From: Alphaproteobacteria bacterium
GTDB taxonomy: Bacteria > Pseudomonadota > Alphaproteobacteria > Bin95
Direction of reading: 5' to 3'
Length of the DNA: 64,000 nt
NCBI GenBank assembly: GCA_963422665.1
Contig: OY730441.1
Location: 3,100,318-3,164,317, forward strand
Shown piece by piece: positions 56,235 through 64,000 of this stretch (within the stretch, counting starts at the first letter, position 1; every line of letters starts with the position of its first letter). The position numbers were made by a program, and so were the translations under genes. The notes beneath the pieces are model-generated. The model saw only the letters and a program-made list of their open reading frames with translations. It made no database searches and was not told the origin of the DNA.

Positions 56235-58145
56235 ATGGCCGGAGCATATGAGACCGCGTTCCGCCGCTCGCTCGACGAGCGCGAGGCGTTCTGGGCGGAG
56301 GCCGCCGCTGACCTGCATTGGTACAAGGCCCCGACGCAGATCCTGGAAATGGAGTCCACCCCGGCCGGGCGCTGGTTCGCGGACGGCGTGACCAACACCT
56401 GCTTCAACGCCCTCGACCGGCATGTCGAGGCCGGGCGGGGCGAGCAGGCCGCGATGATCTACGACAGCCCGGTGACCGACACGATACAGACCTTCACCTA
56501 CCGCGAATTGCGCGACGCGGCGGCGCTCTTTGCCGGGGTGCTCAAGAGCCGGGGCATCGGCAAGGGCGACCGGGTCGTCATCTACATGCCGATGATTCCG
56601 GAGACGGCGGTCGCCATGCTCGCCTGCGCCAGGCTCGGCGCGGTGCATTCCGTGGTTTTCGGCGGGTTCGCATCCAGCGAGCTCGCGGTCCGCATCGACG
56701 ACAGCGCCTGCAAGGCCGTGGTCGCCGCCTCCTGCGGCATCGAGCCGGGGCGCGTCGTGGAATACAAGCCGCTGCTCGACGGCGCCATCGAGCTCGCCGG
56801 GCACAAGCCCGAATTCTGCCTCGTCTTCCAGCGGCCCGAATGCGAGGCGTCGATGGTCGAGGGGCGCGATGTCGACTGGGCCCGGGCCGTCGCCGGGGCC
56901 GAGCCGGCGGATTGCGTGCCGGTCGGGGCGCTGGACCCGCTCTATATCCTCTACACCTCCGGCACGACCGGCCAGCCGAAGGGCGTGGTGCGGGACAATG
57001 GCAGCCATATGGTGGCGCTGCACTGGACCATGAAGAATGTGTACGACGTCGAGCCGGGCGAGGTGTTCTGGGCCGCCTCCGATGTCGGCTGGGTCGTCGG
57101 CCATTCCTACATCGTCTATGCGCCTCTGCTCGCCGGCAATACGGCCATCCTGTTCGAGGGCAAGCCGGTCGGCACGCCGGACGCCGGCGTCTATTGGCGC
57201 GTCATCGAGCAGCACAAGGTCGCCGCCCTGTTCACCGCGCCGACCGCCTTCCGGGCGATTCGCCGGGACGATCCCGAAGCGAAGCTGCTGCAGGGACGCG
57301 ATCTGTCGCATTTCCGCACGCTCTTCCTCGCCGGCGAGCGCAGCGATCCGGACACTCTGAAATGGGCCGAGGACGTGCTTTCGCGTCCGGTGATCGACCA
57401 TTGGTGGCAGACGGAGACCGGCTGGCCGATGTGCGCCAACTGCGTCGGCATCGAGCTTCTGCCGGTCAAGCATGGCTCGCCGACGCGCCCGGTGCCGGGG
57501 TGGGACCTGCGGGCGGTGGACGACGGCAACAGCGAATTGCCCGCCGGCACCATCGGGGCGCTGGTGGTCAGGACGCCCTTGCCTCCAGGCGCCTTCCCGA
57601 CGCTCTGGAACGCGCATGAGCGCTATCTCGACACCTATTTCACCGAGTTCCCCGGCTACTACAAGACGGCGGATGCCGGCTATATCGACGAGGACGGCTA
57701 CGCCTACATCATGGCGCGCACCGACGACATCATCAACGTCGCCGGCCATCGGCTCTCCACCGGCGCGATGGAGGAGGTGCTGGCCGCGCATTCCGATGTC
57801 GCGGAATGCGCCGTCATCGGCGTCGCCGACCAGTTGAAGGGCCAGATTCCGGTCGGCTTCCTGGTGCTCAAGGCGGGCGTCAACCGTCCGGTCGAGGAAA
57901 TCGAATCGGAGGTTGTCGCCCTCGTGCGCCGCCGGATCGGCCCGGTTGCGGCCTTCAAGACGGCGGTCGTGGTCGAGCGCCTTCCGAAGACGCGCTCCGG
58001 CAAGATCCTGCGCGGCACGATGCAGAAGGTGGCCGACCGGGAAACCTGGAAGATGCCGGCAACCATCGAAGACCCGGAGATCATGGCGGAGATCGAGGCC
58101 GCGCTGAAACAGGCCGGCTATGCGGGCGGCGCGGCGGCGGCGTAG
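56235..58145 (+). CDS. prpE: propionate-CoA ligase (acyl-CoA synthetase, PrpE-like)
   Basis: ATG at 56235 behind AGGGAGGGA. PrpE-like N-terminus (YETAFRRSLDEREAFWAEAAADLHWYK) and AMP-binding motif YTSGTTGQPKGV. Confidence 0.82.
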   Translation: MAGAYETAFRRSLDEREAFWAEAAADLHWYKAPTQILEMESTPAGRWFADGVTNTCFNALDRHVEAGRGEQAAMIYDSPVTDTIQTFTYRELRDAAALFAGVLKSRGIGKGDRVVIYMPMIPETAVAMLACARLGAVHSVVFGGFASSELAVRIDDSACKAVVAASCGIEPGRVVEYKPLLDGAIELAGHKPEFCLVFQRPECEASMVEGRDVDWARAVAGAEPADCVPVGALDPLYILYTSGTTGQPKGVVRDNGSHMVALHWTMKNVYDVEPGEVFWAASDVGWVVGHSYIVYAPLLAGNTAILFEGKPVGTPDAGVYWRVIEQHKVAALFTAPTAFRAIRRDDPEAKLLQGRDLSHFRTLFLAGERSDPDTLKWAEDVLSRPVIDHWWQTETGWPMCANCVGIELLPVKHGSPTRPVPGWDLRAVDDGNSELPAGTIGALVVRTPLPPGAFPTLWNAHERYLDTYFTEFPGYYKTADAGYIDEDGYAYIMARTDDIINVAGHRLSTGAMEEVLAAHSDVAECAVIGVADQLKGQIPVGFLVLKAGVNRPVEEIESEVVALVRRRIGPVAAFKTAVVVERLPKTRSGKILRGTMQKVADRETWKMPATIEDPEIMAEIEAALKQAGYAGGAAAA

Positions 58146-58196
58146 CCGTCCCAGGACCCTCTTTCCATCCGAACCCCTTACCGAGATGACCATACG

Positions 58197-59390
58197 ATGC
58201 CCGATTCCATGAAGCAGAAGCGCGCCGCCTTCGTCTGGGAAGATCCGTTCCTTCTGGGCGACCAGCTCGACGAGGACGAGCGCCTGGTGAGCGAGACGGC
58301 GCGGCGCTTCGTCGCCGAAACGCTGGCCCCCGGCGTGCGCGACGCCAACCGCCGCGAGACCTTCGATCCGGCCTTGATGAAGGCTTATGGAGAGGCCGGG
58401 TTCCTCGGCGTGGGCCTGGACGGCTATGGCTGTCCCGGGGGCAGCGCGATCATGTACGGCCTGATCGCGCGCGAGGTGGAGCGCTGCGACAGTTCCTACC
58501 GCTCGGCGATGAGCGTGCAGTCCTCGCTGGTCATGTTCCCGATCCACACCTACGGCGCCGAGGCGCAGAAGGAGAAATACCTCCCGAAGCTGGCGTCCGG
58601 CGAATGGATCGGCGCCTTTGGGCTTACCGAACCGGACCACGGCTCCGACGCCGGCGGGCTGACGACGCGCGCCCGCAAGGTTCCCGGCGGCTACCGCCTC
58701 ACCGGGGCCAAGATGTGGATCACACAGGCCAATATCGCCGATGTCTTCGTTATCTGGGCGAAGGACGACGAGGACGTCATCCGCGGCTTCGTGCTGGAGC
58801 GCGGCATGGAGGGGCTCACAACGGCGAAGATCGAGGGCAAGTTCTCGCTGCGCGCCTGGCCCACCGGCGAGATCGCGATGGACGATGTCTTCGTGCCGGA
58901 AGAGAACCGCTTTCCTCATGCGCGCGGCCTCGGCGGCCCGTTCGGCTGCCTCAACAAGGCGCGATACGGCATCGCCTGGGGGTCGATGGGGTCGGCCGAG
59001 TTCTGCTGGCATGCGGCCCGGCAATACACGCTCGACCGCCATGCCTTCGGCCGCCCGCTGGCTCAGACGCAGTTGATCCAGAAGAAACTCGCGGACATGC
59101 AAACGGAGATTGCGCTCGGCCTCCAGGGGGCGCTGCGCGTCGGCCGGCTGATGGACGCGGGCCGGGCGGCGCCGGAGATGATCTCGTTGGTCAAGCGCAA
59201 CAATTGCGGCAAGGCGCTCGACATCGCCCGCACCGCCCGCGACATGCACGGCGGCAACGGTGTGCATGACGAATACCATGTCGTGCGCCATTCGATGAAC
59301 CTGGAAGCCGTCAACACCTATGAGGGCACGCACGACGTCCACGCCCTCATCCTCGGCCGCGCCCAGACCGGCCTGCAGGCGTTTTCCTGA
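58197..59390 (+). CDS. gcdH: glutaryl-CoA dehydrogenase
   Basis: ACAD fold with a GCDH-type N-terminus ([19 protein letters not shown]) and C-terminus ([16 protein letters not shown]). Confidence 0.88.
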   Translation: MPDSMKQKRAAFVWEDPFLLGDQLDEDERLVSETARRFVAETLAPGVRDANRRETFDPALMKAYGEAGFLGVGLDGYGCPGGSAIMYGLIAREVERCDSSYRSAMSVQSSLVMFPIHTYGAEAQKEKYLPKLASGEWIGAFGLTEPDHGSDAGGLTTRARKVPGGYRLTGAKMWITQANIADVFVIWAKDDEDVIRGFVLERGMEGLTTAKIEGKFSLRAWPTGEIAMDDVFVPEENRFPHARGLGGPFGCLNKARYGIAWGSMGSAEFCWHAARQYTLDRHAFGRPLAQTQLIQKKLADMQTEIALGLQGALRVGRLMDAGRAAPEMISLVKRNNCGKALDIARTARDMHGGNGVHDEYHVVRHSMNLEAVNTYEGTHDVHALILGRAQTGLQAFS

Positions 59391-60108
59391 CGCGGCGGGG
59401 CGGAGGGCGGACGCGCGCCGCCGGGCTTGCGCTCGGCGCGGCGGCGGTCGCGCTGCTGCTGTTGTTCCCGGTCGATCCGGGCAATCTGCCTGCCAGTCGG
59501 CTGGCGGCGGTCGCGGCGCTCATGGCCGTGTGGTGGATGACCGAGGCGCTGCCCCTGTTCGCGACGGCGCTGCTGCCGCTGGCGCTGTTTCCCGCGCTCG
59601 GCATCATGGCGGGCCGCGAGACGGCGCCGGTCTATTTCAACAGCGTGATCGTGATGTTCCTCGGCGGCTTCACGATTGCGCTCGCCATGCAGAAATGGGG
59701 CTGCACCGGCGCATCGCGTTGAACATTATCCGTCTGGCCGGCGGCGGGCCGGCGCGCATCGTGCTGGGTTTCATGGCCGCGTCGGCGTTCCTCTCCATGT
59801 GGATTTCGAACACTGCGACAGCGGTGATGATGGTGCCGATCGGGCACGCATCCGTTGGCGTTGACGATCCCGGCGACGCTCTCGGCCTCATGCGCCTTCA
59901 TGCTGCCGGTCGCGACCCTGCCGAACGCGGTGGTGTTCGGCAGCAACCGCCTGTCGATAGCGGAGATGGCGCGCGCCGGCATCGTGCTGAATCTCGTGGG
60001 CGCGCTCGTCATCGCGACGGTCGTCTCGACGCTCGGCTTCGCGGTCTTCGACATCGACCCCGCCGCCCCGCCGGCCTGGGCCATTGACGGGGCAGCGGCT
60101 GGGCCTCG

Positions 60109-60112
<4 letters not shown>
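59387..60112 (+). pseudogene. DASS/SLC13-family anion symporter remnant (frameshift plus large internal deletion)
   Basis: Three frames carry N-terminal (AAVAALMAVWWMTEALPLFATALLPLALFPALGI...IALAMQKWG), next (LHRRIALNIIRLAG...FLSMWISNTATAVMMVPIG) and C-terminal (SASCAFMLPVATLPNAVVFGSNRLSIAEMARAG...) DASS segments. The total is only about 240 codons, and there is no ATG or GTG at the 5' end. Confidence 0.65.
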
Positions 60113-62238
<2,126 letters not shown>

Positions 62239-62250
62239 CGGCGCCGTCGG

Positions 62251-63249
62251 TCAGAGCCAGTCGGGGGCCGGCAGGCCGGCTTCCTTCAGGAAGGCCGGGT
62301 TCCAGATCTTGGCCGAATAGCGCTGTCCGAGGTCGCAGAGCAGGGTGACGACGGTGTGGCCGGGTCCGAGTTCCTTCGCCGCGCGGATCGCGCCCGCTAC
62401 ATTGATGCCGCTCGAAAGTCCGACGCAAAAACCCTCTTCCTTCAGCAGGTCGAAGACGATCGGGAGCGCCTCGGAGTCCGGTATCAGATAGGGGAAATCG
62501 ACCTCCAGACCCTCCAGATTGGCCGTTACGCGCCCCTGGCCGATGCCCTCGCTGATCGAGCTGCCTTCCGACTCGAGCACGCCGTTGGCATACCATTCGT
62601 AAAGCGCGGCGCCCTGCGGGTCGGCGAGCGCGATCTTGATGTTCCGGTTGCGCTCCTGCAGGCCCATGGCGGCGCCGGCCAGCGTCCCGCCCGTGCCGAC
62701 GGCGGAGACGAAGACATCCACCTTCCCGTCGGTCTGTGACCAGATTTCGGGCGCGGTGGTCTCGATATGGATCTGACGGTTGGCGAGATTGTCGAACTGG
62801 TTGGCCCAGATCGCGCCCTGTTTGTGCGTTGCTGCAAGCTCTTCGGCCAATCGTCCGGAGACATGGACGTAGTTGCCGGGATCGCGATACGGCACGGCCG
62901 GCACTTCGCGCAGGTCCGCGCCGCAGAGCCGCAGCATCTGCTTCTTCTCTTCAGCTTGCGTTTCCGGGATCACGATGACCGTCCGGTAGCCGCGTGCGTT
63001 GCCGACCAGGGCGAGTCCGATGCCGGTATTGCCGGCGGTGCCCTCGACGACGATGCCGCCGGGTTCGAGCTGTCCCTTGACCTCGGCGTCGCGGATGATG
63101 CCGAGCGCTGCGCGGTCCTTCACCGACCCGCCCGGATTGAGGAATTCCAGCTTGGCCAGCACCTCGCAACCGGTCAGCTCGGAGGCTTTCCGGAGGCGCA
63201 CCAGCGGCGTGTTCCCGATGGTGTCGATGAAACCGTCGCGAATGTTCAT
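62251..63249 (-). CDS. cysK: PLP-dependent cysteine synthase family protein
   Basis: Start set to the ATG at 63247-63249 ([19 protein letters not shown]). PLP-lysine region NPGGSVKDR and GTGGT loop. Confidence 0.85.
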   Translation of the reverse strand: MNIRDGFIDTIGNTPLVRLRKASELTGCEVLAKLEFLNPGGSVKDRAALGIIRDAEVKGQLEPGGIVVEGTAGNTGIGLALVGNARGYRTVIVIPETQAEEKKQMLRLCGADLREVPAVPYRDPGNYVHVSGRLAEELAATHKQGAIWANQFDNLANRQIHIETTAPEIWSQTDGKVDVFVSAVGTGGTLAGAAMGLQERNRNIKIALADPQGAALYEWYANGVLESEGSSISEGIGQGRVTANLEGLEVDFPYLIPDSEALPIVFDLLKEEGFCVGLSSGINVAGAIRAAKELGPGHTVVTLLCDLGQRYSAKIWNPAFLKEAGLPAPDWL

Positions 63250-63325
63250 GGCTCTCCAACCCTTGCCGCGCGCCAAGTGCAGGTCATATAAGCGGATTAT
63301 CGGCGGCGAGGAAGGGCGCGCGGCG

Positions 63326-64000
63326 ATGGGCCTGTTGAAGGAGATCGACAGCTATATGGACCGCGATCCGGCGCTGCGTTCGCGCCTGGAAGTGATCCTG
63401 GCCTATCCGGGGTTCCATGCGCTGGTCTTCTATCGCACCTCCAACTGGTTCTGGCGCAAGCGGTTCTATCTCGTCGGGCGGTTCGTCAGCCATCTTGGGC
63501 GCTGGTTCAGCGGCATCGAAATTCATCCGGGCGCGACCATCGGCAAGCGGCTCTTCATCGACCACGGCATGGGCGTCGTGATCGGCGAAACGGCCGAACT
63601 CGGCGACGATGTCACGCTCTACCAGGGGGTGACGCTGGGCGCGACCTCGACCGCGAAGGGCAAACGCCATCCGACCCTCGCCGACGGCGTCATCGTGGGA
63701 TCGGGAGCACAGGTGCTCGGGCCGTTCACGGTGGGCGAGGGCGCGCGGATCGGCGCCAACGCGGTGGTTCTCAAGGAGGTGCCGCCCGGCGCGACCATGA
63801 CCGGCATCCCGGCGAAGATGGCCGCGCCGCGCAGCCGGAAGCAGCCGGAGAGCTTCGTCGCCTACGGCACGCCGGAAGGCGTGACCGACCCCGACAGCCG
63901 CTCGCTCCGCACGCTTGTCGAGACGGTGAAGCGGCTGGAGGCGCGGGTGGCCGAGCTGGAGCGCGAAGCCGGCGAAGAGGACCGTCCACCGCGAATCGGC
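63326..64000 (+). CDS. cysE: serine O-acetyltransferase (3' end cut by the window)
   Basis: Not in the ORF track because there is no stop in the window. Hand translation from the ATG at 63326 gives [33 protein letters not shown]...[34 protein letters not shown]..., i.e. hexapeptide repeats. Confidence 0.88.
   Translation, partial: MGLLKEIDSYMDRDPALRSRLEVILAYPGFHALVFYRTSNWFWRKRFYLVGRFVSHLGRWFSGIEIHPGATIGKRLFIDHGMGVVIGETAELGDDVTLYQGVTLGATSTAKGKRHPTLADGVIVGSGAQVLGPFTVGEGARIGANAVVLKEVPPGATMTGIPAKMAAPRSRKQPESFVAYGTPEGVTDPDSRSLRTLVETVKRLEARVAELEREAGEEDRPPRIG

Noticed and set aside
55911-59342. 1143-aa minus-strand ORF. Similar giant ORFs include 32521..35529 (+, 1002 aa), 41323..44259 (+, 978 aa), 26010..28730 (+, 906 aa), 60322..62739 (+) and 16371..18659 (+).
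   Set aside because: They run antisense or out of frame to genes with clear family signatures (prpE/gcdH, LLM/DMT, ettA, uvrB, ABC ATPase). They are Arg/Gly/Pro/Ala-rich low-complexity translations. They are the expected stop-codon-poor artefacts of very GC-rich DNA.

Overview
Very GC-rich (judged by eye, not computed), densely coding chromosomal segment of alphaproteobacterial type (inferred from gene order). All homology calls come from reading the translations and from memory; no searches were run.

Core blocks:
- rpmH-rnpA-yidD-yidC-engB-argB on the minus strand (4.3-8.4 kb)
- lpxB and ettA
- murA-DUF2948-hisG-hisD-UPF0262-LMW-PTP (47.9-52.5 kb)
- tRNA-Thr(GGU)
- ccr, prpE and gcdH
- uvrB, cysK and cysE (cysE is cut by the window end)

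Accessory content:
- two peptide/nickel-type ABC importers
- PhoX
- an orphan NuoE/NuoF-fusion (FdsB-like) protein
- a HEPN-MNT toxin-antitoxin pair co-oriented with an HNH nuclease
- an orphan VapB antitoxin
- a catabolic patch: Fe-ADH, amidohydrolase, three LLM oxidoreductases, Rieske dioxygenase alpha/beta, SDR, RraA-like, crotonase, MBL persulfide-dioxygenase-like plus TusA
- a MoxR/CoxE-type VWA pair
- two decayed genes: an enoyl-CoA hydratase and a DASS transporter

Most notable observations:
1. Two same-frame minus-strand track ORFs (41227..42510 and 42634..43287) are separated only by one TGA. That TGA sits in a U-G-S-C motif and is followed by a hairpin, so I predict one selenoprotein with an unusual long C-terminal fusion.
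2. An orphan small-terminase-like HTH gene (47143..47457) ends in three exactly 10-bp-phased TGTCATG repeats. It is driven by an extended -10 promoter and a roughly 220-nt leader.
3. A gene-less paralogue of that promoter-leader-iteron module lies between ccr and prpE, bracketed by two more copies of the iteron.
4. A 68-88 bp tandem repeat array lies in front of a stand-alone IS630-type transposase N-terminal HTH gene. It sits downstream of an AT-rich promoter that carries an SOS-box-like GTTC-N7-GTTT.

Many long ORFs in the supplied track are antisense artefacts of the high GC content and were not called.
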